The translations under genes and the position numbers were made by a program. The notes under the pieces were generated by a model that had not been told where the DNA came from, did no database searches, and saw nothing but the letters and a program-made list of their open reading frames with translations. Of a DNA stretch of 64,000 nt, positions 1-12,619 are shown piece by piece. Origin of the DNA: Eledone cirrhosa (taxonomy: Eukaryota); NCBI GenBank assembly GCA_964016885.1, contig OZ024746.1, positions 90,086,001 to 90,150,000 of the forward strand, read 5' to 3'. Numbering within the stretch: the first letter of the stretch is position 1; each line of letters starts with the position of its first letter.

Positions 1-1233
1 ACTGGCTAAATTAACAAAACAAATACTTGTATATTTACTGGATTTGAAACATAGCTTCTGAATGTGTGTGCATTCCGAATTTTAGGATCAATTTAATCTC
101 CATAGAAAGCAAGTTTTTATTTGAAAACTGATTTATGTTTGAACAGAATAAATATATGGTGACGCTTTATTTTTTTTTCTGTCCGTGTTATTTTCTATAC
201 TGTTAAGATGTTTGTCAGGCGGGAGAAAATGAAACAAACATAATATGCACCAACATCAAAAGATAATTTATCTTTGTAAATTACTTTTCAAATGATTTAG
301 GCGTTTTTTCTGTAATATATTACGTCCATAATAAGCACTTTCACTAAGGCATTAAGATATAAATGGCGTTCTCAAAAAGTTAATTTCATTTATTCTTACA
401 TTTTATATTTATATGTTTTCTACGTTTCTAAATGCTTTCAAAGTATATTAGCTCTCAGTTGTAAGAAACTTTATCCATTAATATATATATATCGCACTAT
501 TTAAAGAAGAGCGTTAGTATTTCAAATAATATTACTTCCAAACATTATTGCATCTCCGAAAATAATGGTGGCGTCATTTCCTTCGAAAGTATGTGATACT
601 CGAAAAGAAATTGCATTAAGGTAAATATCATTACGAGTAACATATTATATGTTGTGATGATTTGCATTTCATAACTATATTATATTTACCTTTGCTTTAT
701 TCTGAATAGAACATGGCTTCTATGAGTTTAAACAAATGGATTACATGTATGGTTATTTTCATAGCATTCGCATGAAAAATTAATAATATTTATGAGGAAG
801 ACGCTTATGAAATTTATTCGAATCACGGAACGAGGTTTTTGAAATAGGTATTTGTTTCACACATATATTCATATGCGACTCCTTTATATATTCTATGTGC
901 TATATTAGGACCCAATATATATTTTATTTTTCAAGTATGTTTTGTTCAATTCCAGTAATCATCCATTTAATTACTTTTGCAGAATATTCATTGTTCTGTT
1001 TAGGTGAAATGTGATTAAGTAAGTGATGTTTAATGTATTTTGAACATGAGAAATACTTGAATGTAAGTAAAACTATTCAAGTCGACAACCCTATCTCCGC
1101 AAAGAATATCGAAATTCCTAAGCACACTGATCTCATGTGAATATGGAATATAATTATTTTGGCGTGTAAATAATAATAGCTGTGGCGCCAACTCCAGTGT
1201 GTGGTGTGTTTCGTACAAAATTAAATGTGTATG

Positions 1234-1310
<77 letters not shown>

Positions 1311-2860
1311 GTGTGTTTGAATGTATGAACGTTTGGTGAACGTATGTGTGATTTTTATGTGCGCTCTTTGTATGCATGCCTGCATGTGTGAAGATCACAC
1401 ACACACCGAACTATAATTGAAGACCAGCAAGATGAACTATAAAGATATGTATAAGAGAATTAAATATTTCATTATACATCTGCGCATTAGATTCCGGCGA
1501 TAGTGCTAATTCCAAGAATATTAAAATCTGTACAGTTTTTTTTCTTCTGTCTAGTGAGTGGAGATGTGCAAAATTATATTCCTGTGCCAAGCAGCAGCGT
1601 TTAAGTGCGAAGTAAATACTGAATAGACACTGAATAAAACCTGGGATATGTTTGAAGATGTTTCAAATTCCCATCCATTGAAATATTAATATATTTTGCT
1701 TAGTTTAAATGAAATATCTGTTAAGTTCCATACAAATACTGCACCTAATATTAGTTTTAATAAATCAAAAGATCTGTACCCAGGTTTACGATATATCACA
1801 AATAAAGTCCGAAGCGATAATGATACTGTCCAAAAAGCTTCATTATATATTAGATGAAATATATAACAATTTATTTTCTGCTGAAGTCATTGATTTACGT
1901 TGTAATTCAGCCTAAAACGACTAGTGTCGATATTAAGAACGTCTGTGATGCAGCGGTCAGAATAAAATATTTCAGAAACCTTGTCTTCTCGTGTGAGTTA
2001 CATAATTTAACCGAGGTTGAGAATCTTAAAATATACAATCTATTTGTCGGCCTATAATAATGTAATTTTGGCGATGCATATAATAGACTGTATATATTCG
2101 TAAAATCAATTGATGGGGTCGTACGTTTTTTTTCATAAGAATTCTCTCGATTTCTTTTGTAGATATATACTTCCAGCAAATAATGCATATATTCAAGACG
2201 TTGAAATATGTTGGCGACATGAGGGTCGCAATTAGGTTTCGGATATATTTTGAGTAAATTATTTTGCTCTATGCATTAGATGTTAAATTTGTTGTATATA
2301 AGTTATGTACCTTTGAAAACGCAACATATTTTATAGTTGTGCAAGTATGTTATGAAATTGTTAAATAGCTGCCTTCAATATTACTTTATTTATGAAATCA
2401 AACTCAAATGAAATTAAGAATTTGCTATCACCCAAATTCCTGCTAGATGGACATTCGAAATTGGTTCAGAATTAATCTCCTGGATTTAGCTGACTGTCAT
2501 TGCTTCCCAGCTATGGTACTCGTGAATGTGAATACTGTACGCTGAATTTAATGAAAGTCGAAGATAAAAAGGTGTAAAAAGAAACCATTTTTGAATTCGT
2601 TGCAAAAATTAGAATCTTATTGTAAGTAACTGGCAGAACGTTCTTGAAGTATTAACCAATTGTTGGTTATAATGCATAACGGCAATTGCTGCGGACAGCA
2701 TTTGACTTTGAATAGTTGAACTAAAATGAAAAGTAAATGAACATCTTGAAATTATCCTCATACATGTGTTAGTACCCTGCTAATATAAACATATATGCCC
2801 TCACATAAACACACACACACGTTTAGGTAAACACACGCACACACACACGCTCACACAAAC

Positions 2861-2923
<63 letters not shown>

Positions 2924-3954
2924 TTATATATATATAAACATATGCGCGTGTGTGTGAGTGTGTGTTTTTGCATGTACGTGTATTAAATATGATGGCTGCC
3001 CCATCGTTTTCGGGTTTGGTCATTGTACGATATAATATTAGTAATAATTATTTAGTAATGTTATCGTGCAATGCCTGTAAATATACATATACAATTTTAT
3101 CGTTAACCATCTTTTACATATTTGTAGCATACTCTGTGCGAACAGCATGTGAATTTAGAACGTGAATTTCACAACAATAGCAGTAAAACAGATCTTGTTA
3201 CCCAGACTATAAAATCTGTTCGACGTTATTGTACCTTATATGTTATTTGCTCCAAACAACACACAGGTCAAGTTTCCAAGGTGTATGATGACAAATGCCC
3301 AAGATACACAATCCGTGCAAATTTCGCTGCTGTGAAATCACATATATATTCTTCACCAATGAACCACAAAGAGAAGGAAATTCAGATTAAATCATATTGT
3401 ATACGCAAATGCATACATGGCACAGTAGGTAATGATATATTGTCATTATTATGCACACACATATATCTAGTAATTATGCACAACAAATCATACCAATCAT
3501 TTCACAACCTTCTACAAAAGCTAATGAAAGAAAACACGCAACACAATGCATATGTCCAGATCCAATAATATGCATCCAATTCCAACCTCCCCTGTATATC
3601 TGACAAACGTAATACAAAAGAGATGGAGTTATGTCTTATTATGTAAAGTCAATATAAGTCACAACAAACAAGAGTCGTATAAAATGTAGGTGTCCATATA
3701 TTTTAAGAAAAGTATTCAAAAGATATTCATGGGTTGACTGAACAAGACAAACGGAATCACATCAAAGGTGGAGACGGCAGCGAGTAAGAACAGACAATTA
3801 TATACCACCCCATCATCATATCAATGACTAATACAATGCAATATTGATTAGTAACTAGCTTAATGCACGCTCTCTTAAACCACCAAGCCAAATTACATAA
3901 AATTAACCTTTAAGATATTAATGACAATAAGATGTATTAGTAAATCATCTCATC

Positions 3955-4010
<56 letters not shown>

Positions 4011-4015
<5 letters not shown>

Positions 4016-4384
4016 AGGAAAGACGAGTCACATGGTTTGCTATACAAAAAAGGTTTTTAATCTCATTGCTGACAATTGTTTCTCTGAACTGGTAGGTCTA
4101 GAGATCGCTATCCGCTTATTTTCACGTTACTCGATCGCCAATACAAAGTTATAACCAGTCAGTAAATCAGAGATTGCGAGAATGAAAAGAATATACAGGC
4201 ATGTATATTCTTTTCCTTCTCGCAAGCTCCAATGAACTGACAGATTATAACTTTCTATTGGCGATCGAGTAAAGTGAAAATAAGCGTATAGCGATCACTA
4301 GATCTACCAGTTCAGAGAAGCAATTTTCAGCAATGAAATTAAAAACCTTTTTTTATAGCAAACCATGTGACTCATCTTTCCTGA
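4011..4384. mobile_element. (TA)n-adjacent fold-back element, PLE pLTR-like; imperfect palindrome with ~185 bp arms
   Basis: 4014-4195 is the diverged reverse complement of 4205-4384 (gagtcacatggtttgctata / tatagcaaaccatgtgactc). A diverged relative lies at 12670-12780. Confidence 0.7.
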
Positions 4385-4556
4385 TTTATTATTACTCAAA
4401 GTGCTCACAACATAGGAATTACAGCGTACTCGCAGCATCACTATGCAAACGTCTTGTTGAGTGAAACTTAGACAAGCGTTGATATCATCCACTACGCGGA
4501 GTACCATAACTGGACTACACCTAAGTGGACTACCTATAACATTAATTTGTTACCCC

Positions 4557-4637
<81 letters not shown>

Positions 4638-4643
4638 TTTATA

Positions 4644-4689
<46 letters not shown>

Positions 4690-4792
4690 TAAATATATAA
4701 ACATATACATAAACGTATCTCATACATACTCATACATACACACGCACACAGTCACATATTTATATATGTATATATGTTTGTATATATAAATA

Positions 4793-4867
<75 letters not shown>

Positions 4868-5020
4868 CAAGATGTATGGTAGGTCGTATGTGAATCGCGA
4901 TGATCACGCCTGACCTACCAAATATGCGACGGTAGCTAGTTAAGCTCTATGCGTATAAGCAGAGCAGAAATATTAATGAAGAAGAACAAAGGAACTATTA
5001 TGACATTATAACAAGTTTAT

Positions 5021-5067
5021 TGCCGACAGCCGTTTCGTCCGACCATATGGCGGGACTTTTCAAGGCA
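5021..5067 (-). ncRNA. Minimal type I hammerhead ribozyme, U3-A8 core variant
   Basis: Minus strand: UGCC-UUGAAAA-GUCC(cgccauaugguc)GGAC-GAAAC-ggcu-GUC-GGCA. Stems I and II pair and stem III is near-palindromic. Confidence 0.75.
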
Positions 5068-5498
5068 TATAACAGGTGATCGTAAGTTCATTATTTACAT
5101 CAACGTTTCACTCAAGAATAGCAGTTTGAAATTGTCGTATACATCAACAGCTCCGCTTGTATATTTGGGGTCTATATTCTAAGGGGGCTCTTTTATATTA
5201 GTTGTCGGAGTTGTAAAAGGGATGGGTTATAGGGAGTTAAGGGAATTTGAAAAGGGCCATAAGAGTCACGGATTGAAGGTTAACAAATTAGAGAATTTAT
5301 AATTTACGCATTAAAAGTAAAAGACTTGGGATCTCGTAGAAGCACCTTAAAAAATCCCTCAATAAGTGCATAAAGCTTATAAGCCCCAATAAACCTAACA
5401 AACCAGAAGAGATTAAGAGAGTAAAAAAAATACATATAAATATAAAGAATTCATATCTAGTAACATATATATACATATCAATGCTAGCAAATATAGGT

Positions 5499-5579
5499 TT
5501 TCCTGACGACGGAATGCTTCTATATATTATTCTTCGGAAAATATATTTACTCCATTCCAGAAACTATTTAGTTGGAAGT
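5499..5579 (+). ncRNA. Type I hammerhead ribozyme (copy 1)
   Basis: UUUC-CUGACGA-cGGAAUG...CAUUCCa-GAAAC-uauuua-GUU-GGAA. Confidence 0.6.
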
Positions 5580-6019
5580 GATATTTTAGTAAGTAAGTTA
5601 ATTTTATAATTTTCTTATTTTATATCTCTTATATTATTGTTCTGCAACCCCATGCATTGAACCACACTGTTATTAAGACAAAACCTATATATTTGCTAGC
5701 ACTGATATGCATCTGTATGAATATATATGTTACTAGATATGAATTCTTTATTATTATCTCCAAATTATTTGTCGAGCAATATTGGCCATAACTGCTGCTA
5801 CGGTTGTAGGCAGGCCGCTGTCTTATTAGCAAACCACTTTCCACTGATTGACCTCGATGTCACGTGTTCGATTCTTTTTGAATTTGCCACAGACGTAGGG
5901 GCAGTGATTTTCTCAATGGCTTGGAATTCAGTCCACGCTTTGCTATTTCCTATCCACTGAATTATTTTTTAATAAGTTTCCAGTGTCCTCGCTTTGCCTG
6001 GAAACTTACATGAGAATAG

Positions 6020-6102
6020 ACTTTCCTGACGACGGAATGCTTCTCAATATTATTCTTCGGAAAATATACTTACTCCATTCCAGAAACTAATTAGTTGGAA
6101 GT
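6020..6102 (+). ncRNA. Type I hammerhead ribozyme (copy 2)
   Basis: ACUUUC-CUGACGA-cGGAAUG...CAUUCCa-GAAAC-uaauua-GUU-GGAAGU. Stem III ACUAAUUAGU is a perfect palindrome. Confidence 0.7.
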
Positions 6103-6161
6103 GATATTTTAGTAAGTAAGTTAATTTTATAATTTTCTTATTTTACGTCTCTTATATATAA

Positions 6162-6192
<31 letters not shown>

Positions 6193-7514
6193 ATGTGTAT
6201 CTGCATGTATCTGCGCGAGTGTATGTGTGTAAATAGTGTTGAATTCTATTTTCAATGAACTGTTATAGCTTCCTTTTAGGGAAATTATCTAAGTATACCT
6301 TCAATGCTAAGTATACCTTGAATGATTATACTGCAACAATGCAACATCTAGTTCAAGTGTAATTTTCAATTGTGATATGTTGCATAAACCTTTTTAAGTA
6401 TATTTCCTTCTATTATTGAACTTCTAAATTATTATATATTTAATACATCTATAACACATTTTGTTTCTTTCTCTGCTATTATAATATTGTAGCAAATTTA
6501 AATTTTCCTTTCTATATTTCTATAAAGGACGAAGCACACAGTTTCCATTAGAAATTTTACAATTTAATATATTTTGTATTTCTGCACTTTAAATTATTTG
6601 AACTATTTTCATATATGTTTGATTTTTATTTGAATTTTCTTTTCTATGTTATTTAAAGGGAATGCAAACCTATCGAATTTACCAATATACTTGCTATATA
6701 TTTGCATAAATGCTCATCTATCTATTTTAAAGAAAGCTATCTATTTTATTTCATGCATCTCCGTGTTTGTGTGCATGTCAATACTTAATCATACATCATT
6801 TTATTGATTTACTGGTTAATGTAATTTTATTGCAAATACATATGCTAAAACCGTATATTGAAAAGATCTACACTGACATGCGTAAATGGTCTGCTAATCT
6901 TTATATTTGTTTCTAGTTTTCGTTTGACTGTTTGCTACCAGAATAAATAAACATATATTAGCTTAGAGAAGGCAATGCACACACTCAATCAAGTTTTTAA
7001 TAAGTAGTATCTTCAGTAAACTCTCTTAGAAATGATTAACAAAATGTATGAAATGAGCTCCTTTAAATTATTTCACAGAACAACATTTTTTAAAATGTAT
7101 TAATGATCACCATAGCTCTGATATAATATGTAAAACATTTCTACCATATGTTAACACATAAAAAAGGCAGGCAGATATGACTATGCCAAACAGCTGAGAA
7201 AGATGCCAAAACAACTTTTCACGTTTGGCTCCAAATTCTAAAAAAGAGGAACAATTGATAATGTTCCCATCTAGCAAATCTAATTGAGAATACATTACTA
7301 AGTTCTTGAAATTATCTTACCCTTGAGTCTTGCTAATAATTGGCATTAGCTTTCGGTATTCTTTCTCAAGCACAGAAAGAAATATCAATTAATTAACAAG
7401 TACGAGCCATTTCAGAAAACTACGAAAAGCGAATATATATATATATATAGAAGTGGTTACACAACCGTTAGTTTGTACGGTTGTCCTTCCTGTTCCGTAT
7501 AACCATGTCCATTA

Positions 7515-7552
7515 CGAGCTGAGGATCCGCTAAGTTGAAACAATAGTTCTCG
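7515..7552 (+). ncRNA. Minimal hammerhead ribozyme, degenerate stem II
   Basis: CGAG-CUGAGGA-uccgcuaaguu-GAAAC-aaua-GUU-CUCG. Homologous to 12332-12369 and inside TA-flanked element 7447-7651. Confidence 0.5.
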
Positions 7553-7653
7553 GTATGGTGAACTAACTGTTGTGTAACCACTTTTACCTAACTCGTCCCA
7601 TGGACTGAGTGCTCTTCCACTACGGATATTACAATTCGAGTGTTCTACCACTA

Positions 7654-7880
<227 letters not shown>

Positions 7881-8033
7881 CAGGTTTGAGGTTCACCACT
7901 GTATAGAGCTGGTCTATTCCGTATGGTGATATCACCGGATTCATACGGAACCCGGTCATTGAAATGATCATAGTATAATAAACCTTTCAAGGATTTACAC
8001 AAATCCAGCCTCCTGTCATTTCATTATAATATT

Positions 8034-8099
<66 letters not shown>

Positions 8100-8133
8100 A
8101 TATATATATATATATATAATATATATATATATA

Positions 8134-8310
8134 TTTATTAAAATAACATATTAAAGTTTGAGCAAAGAATCGCTGCGTTAAGGGTGAAAGCAGCGATTCT
8201 TTGCTTAAAATTTAATCTGTTATTTTAATAAATATTCGCTCTACGGTTCTTATATATTTGATGTATATTTATCCTTATCGAGCCCTCTTTGGATTTTAGT
8301 CTTCAAATTC

Positions 8311-8312
<2 letters not shown>
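8134..8312 (+). mobile_element. 5'-truncated fold-back tail of the PLE family at 52847-54545
   Basis: Near-identical to 54417-54545. Hairpin arms 8134-8186 / 8200-8233. (TA)n on both sides. Confidence 0.8.
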
Positions 8313-8362
<50 letters not shown>

Positions 8363-8366
<4 letters not shown>

Positions 8367-8605
8367 CACTGTACTTACTATATGTGCCCATAGCGCGGTT
8401 TCAGATCCCAAACGAATAGATACTCCAAGCGGATTTCCATTGAGAAAGAGATCATCGCAAGGTTGTAATTTTAACTCGGGAATTTTATATTCTCCCAGAC
8501 AAAAAAAAGCTTTCTGACGATCTCTCTCTCAATGGAAATCCGCTTGGATTATCTATTCGTGTGGGATCTGAAACCACGGTATGGGCACATATATTAAGTA
8601 CAGTG

Positions 8606-8609
<4 letters not shown>
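8363..8609. mobile_element. TA-flanked fold-back element with degenerate HHR at 8509-8586 (+)
   Basis: Arms 8363-8454 / 8516-8609. Motif CUGACGA...GAAAC-cacg-GUA-ugggc. Confidence 0.7.
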
Positions 8610-8673
<64 letters not shown>

Positions 8674-8796
8674 TGTATATATAATGTATTTTGCAATACA
8701 CTTTATGCTTAATTAAAAGCATTTTGAAGACCGTATGCTATTGTTTTAGAGTAGTGACAAATTCACTTACTTTAATCTCAGCAAACATGGGAGATA

Positions 8797-8842
8797 AGCC
8801 GACAATGGCCTTGTTTCGCTTTTGTTGAAGCTTATCAAGGCT
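8797..8842 (-). ncRNA. Type I hammerhead ribozyme, U3-A8 variant
   Basis: AGCC-UUGAUAA-GCUU(caacaa)AAGC-GAAACAA-ggcca-UUGUC-GGCU. Confidence 0.75.
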
Positions 8843-9238
8843 AACTACCCCTCCTGTCTACTGAGATTACTGATGTTATATTCTTATAGAATTCTAGTAA
8901 ATAATCAGGAGCTGATTATACAGAGCGATTGTTGGCCAGGCAGAAATTAAAAATTAGAATTGGAGCTCTGAAATAGCAATATATATATGGATGTATATAT
9001 AATGTATTTTGCAATACACTTTATGCTTAATTAAAAGCATTTTGAAGACCGTATACTATTGTTTTAGAGTAGTGACAAATTCACTTACTTTAATCTCAGC
9101 AAACAGCGGAGATAAGCCGACAAGGGCCTTTTAATTTCTGCCTGACCAACAATCGCTCTGTATAATCAGCTCCTGATTATTTACTAGAATTCTATAAGAA
9201 TATAACATCAGTAATCTCAGTAGACAGGAGGGGTAGTT

Positions 9239-9284
9239 AGCCTTGATAAGCTTCAACAAAAGCGAAACAAGGCCCTTGTCGGCT
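9239..9284 (+). ncRNA. Type I hammerhead ribozyme, U3-A8 variant
   Basis: AGCC-UUGAUAA-GCUU(caacaa)AAGC-GAAACAAG-gcc-CUUGUC-GGCU. Stem I is extendable (ggggUAG / UUAucuc). Confidence 0.8.
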
Positions 9285-9664
9285 TATCTCCCCTGTTTGC
9301 TGAGATTAAAGTAAGTGAATTTGTCACTACTCTAAAACAATAGCATACGGTCATCAAAATGCTTTTAATTAAGCATAAAGTGTATTGCAAAATACATTAT
9401 ATATACATCCATATATATATTGCTATTTCAGAGCTCCAATTCTAATATATATATATATATATAGTAATAATAATCAATTTGAAGTAAAGTGAATTTTTTA
9501 GAATTTATATTATTTTGGGGGATTTTTTCTGTATTTACACTCCCTTGATAGTATATGTTGTGGCTTGTTAATTTGTTAAGTTGCCATTGAACCACACTTG
9601 CATTTGGTCCGACTATACTTGTATCGCTGTGTATATTAATCACACGTAGGAACACATATTTTCA

Positions 9665-9702
<38 letters not shown>

Positions 9703-9706
9703 TTTC

Positions 9707-9778
<72 letters not shown>

Positions 9779-10610
9779 TATGAATAAAGTTAGTCCTTCA
9801 TCAGTGATCTTCCAACCATCATCGGTATTCACATCGCTTTAAAGACCATATACCTCCGTTTGGTGCGTGCAACGGCTAAAGAAAGTCGTTGGGATACGTA
9901 AATAAAGGGAACATTCCCTTCAGTTGTTTAGATCATATAGAAGGCTTCTGACGAGGACCGGATTAGGTCCGAACATTGACAAAATGTGTTTCTCATGTTT
10001 GTTTATTAATTTACAGAAAATGCGCATGTTCGTAATTGTTTGCATGTCTACAAATTAGAATTGCGTATATTTATGTACACCATACCATATTGCAATTTTT
10101 GGCTTATTCGCGCCAGTCCCCATTCTCGCTCATTCACAAACCCATGAAGACAAGGCTATTTTAAAGTTCATCATAGCTACATAACTAGGTTAGAAGGTTT
10201 TCTTCATAGATAATTCTGCCAATCATTACTCAATATCCTCTAGTACTGTAGAGCTCTTTGTCTGGGGTTGTTTATTCCTCTATGAGCTGCTCGCTTCTAT
10301 CGCAACTAACAATATCATCTCATGGCTGTATCGCTATCCACCACCTTTTTCCTAGCAGAACAGCTCTGCCGAGACTGACTGGTGTAATGTCAGTTGTTTA
10401 GAATCTGGAGGCGACATGCTGTTACATAACACGACAGAAGGTAATCTACGACATGCAACTGATAGGCTTAATCCTTCTGTTGCGTGGCCTGAATGAAAAT
10501 CATGGCTTCGAAAATTGAGATATTCCCCCTCTCAAGAAACCCTATATATGTATGTGTATATATATATATATTTGTGTGTGTATATGTCTATCTATCTGTC
10601 ACCCCCCCCC

Positions 10611-10668
<58 letters not shown>

Positions 10669-10702
10669 CTAATGGTAGCTAATATGTAGCAGAATATGAT
10701 TC

Positions 10703-10853
10703 AATGGAAAACGAAAAATCAGTGTTGCATCGGAACTCATACACATGCAGTGATTGCGTGAACAGGCCATAATGGAGCATGTCATAATGGAGTTATCTCA
10801 CCCACAGTGACATTCTCCATTATGGCCTGTTCACGCACTCCCTGCATGTGTAT
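10703..10853. repeat. Fold-back fragment of the 11643 family
   Basis: The start matches 11643-11680. Hairpin arms 10740-10786 / 10809-10852. Confidence 0.7.
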
Positions 10854-11398
10854 CTATTCAGTAGTAACTGCATATTCTCCTCGCATTCCATTATGTAACA
10901 CCTCATGTATTTGTCCATGTACAAACCAATGTGTATCTTTATATACTTTTCTTATATAAGTCAGGTATAAGTTTTTTTTTATATATTCTGCATACATTTT
11001 TTAATATAATTTGCATGCATTTTCTAAATAGGGTCCGGGTATACGCTTTACATTACTACCATGAACACCTCATATGCAGCCTTGCTTGAGGTTTCTACAC
11101 TTGAATTAATCCACGTTGGCAACATAATAACAACTCTGTCAGCACGTACATCAAGGTGTATTTTTCCATGTACAACCCAATGTTTATCCCTATATGGTTT
11201 TCTTATATATTTATTTGTATATATTGTTTATGTGTGTGTAGATGTATGTATATACATATATACATATGTGTAAGCGTATATGTATACGAGTATATGTGTG
11301 TGAGTGTGTGTGTATGCACACGAATGTAGAGGAAAACATATGTAAAGGCATATATATATGTTTTACATATTTATATATACATATATATTTATATATTC

Positions 11399-11484
<86 letters not shown>

Positions 11485-11514
11485 AGAGAGAGAGAGACAT
11501 ATATATCTGCCTTT

Positions 11515-11570
11515 ACCAATGTTCTCGGTATGATAAACTAACTGTTGCGTTACCAATTCTATACACACAC

Positions 11571-11647
<77 letters not shown>

Positions 11648-12382
11648 GAAAACGAAAAATCAGTGATGCATCGGAACTCAATTTATTGTGTGTTACAGTT
11701 GTTTCCCCGGCAAACAACTCGAGGTGCTATCTGTGTGTGGATCGATCAACCTGACTCTGGATGCACAGGTTCCTCGAACACGTCTATTGATTTCGGAGCA
11801 TATCCTCTTTCAATCGTTTCTGACCCTACGGGTCTATATCATCCACCTTCATCCTCTTTGTGAGTCTTTGGGTTGGTCACTGGTTAGTGACCTCATCATA
11901 ATTCTGACCACAGGTAGCAGCCCGCTGACCATCAGGGCGTGAGCTGTGTACGCATGTGTGTATGTATATATACAGGTCAGTTTACGTGTGTGTGTGTGTG
12001 TGTGTATACATGTCATTGTACGTGTGCGTGTGTGTATGTATATATACGCCCTGATGGTTAGCGGGCTGCTAACAGTGGTCATAATTATGACGACGTCATT
12101 AACCAGTGACCAACCCATGGACGATCAAAGAAAACGAAGCTGGACGATATAGACTCGTAGGGTCAGAAACCAATAGACGTGTCCGAGGAACCTGCTAATC
12201 CAGATCGCACCCCAGGTTGTTCTCCGGGGAAACAATTGTAACACACAATAAATTGAGTTCCGATGCATCACTGATTTTTCGTTTTCCATTCTATATATAT
12301 AAGTGGTAACACAACTGTTAGTTTTCCACACCGAGAACAATTGTTTCACCTTAGCGGATCTTCAGCTCGTACTATTTATGGT

Positions 12383-12385
<3 letters not shown>
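11515..12385. mobile_element. Large diverged fold-back element interrupted by microsatellites; HHR at right end
   Basis: 11643-11940 is an inverted copy of 12046-12292 (with an indel). 11520-11555 mirrors 12303-12340. Confidence 0.75.
12332..12369 (-). ncRNA. Minimal type I hammerhead ribozyme
   Basis: CGAG-CUGAAGA-uCC(gcuaa)GGu-GAAAC-aauu-GUU-CUCG. Stem III ACAAUUGU is palindromic. Confidence 0.65.
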
Positions 12386-12413
<28 letters not shown>

Positions 12414-12521
12414 AAACGGTAAACAGAAATAACAACACAATCGGTACAGTATATGGAAGGGATACATTAGGTTAACGCTTCATATAGCTATATATATATA
12501 TAGCTATATATATAGATATAG

Positions 12522-12619
<98 letters not shown>

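Larger units (their letters stand above)
5430..6156 (+). mobile_element. HHR-bearing tandem element (523 bp period) with 5' inverted segment; PLE pLTR/retrozyme-like
   Basis: 5500-5630 repeats at 6023-6153. 5440-5501 is an inverted copy of ~5680-5750. Ends in (TA)n. A diverged relative lies at 13592-14097. Confidence 0.75.
8672..9446. mobile_element. 318 bp HHR monomer: 1.4 tandem copies (-) plus one inverted, permuted copy (+); retrozyme/pLTR-like
   Basis: gatgtatatataatgtattttgc occurs at 8672 and 8990. 9131-9446 is the reverse complement of the unit. (TA)n on both flanks. Confidence 0.85.

Noticed and set aside
8363-8609. Interpreting the fold-back inserts as MITEs or pre-miRNAs
   Set aside because: Arm lengths and pivots differ between copies of the same family, one family matches a PLE tail, and HHR motifs are embedded. 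Retroelement inversion fits better.
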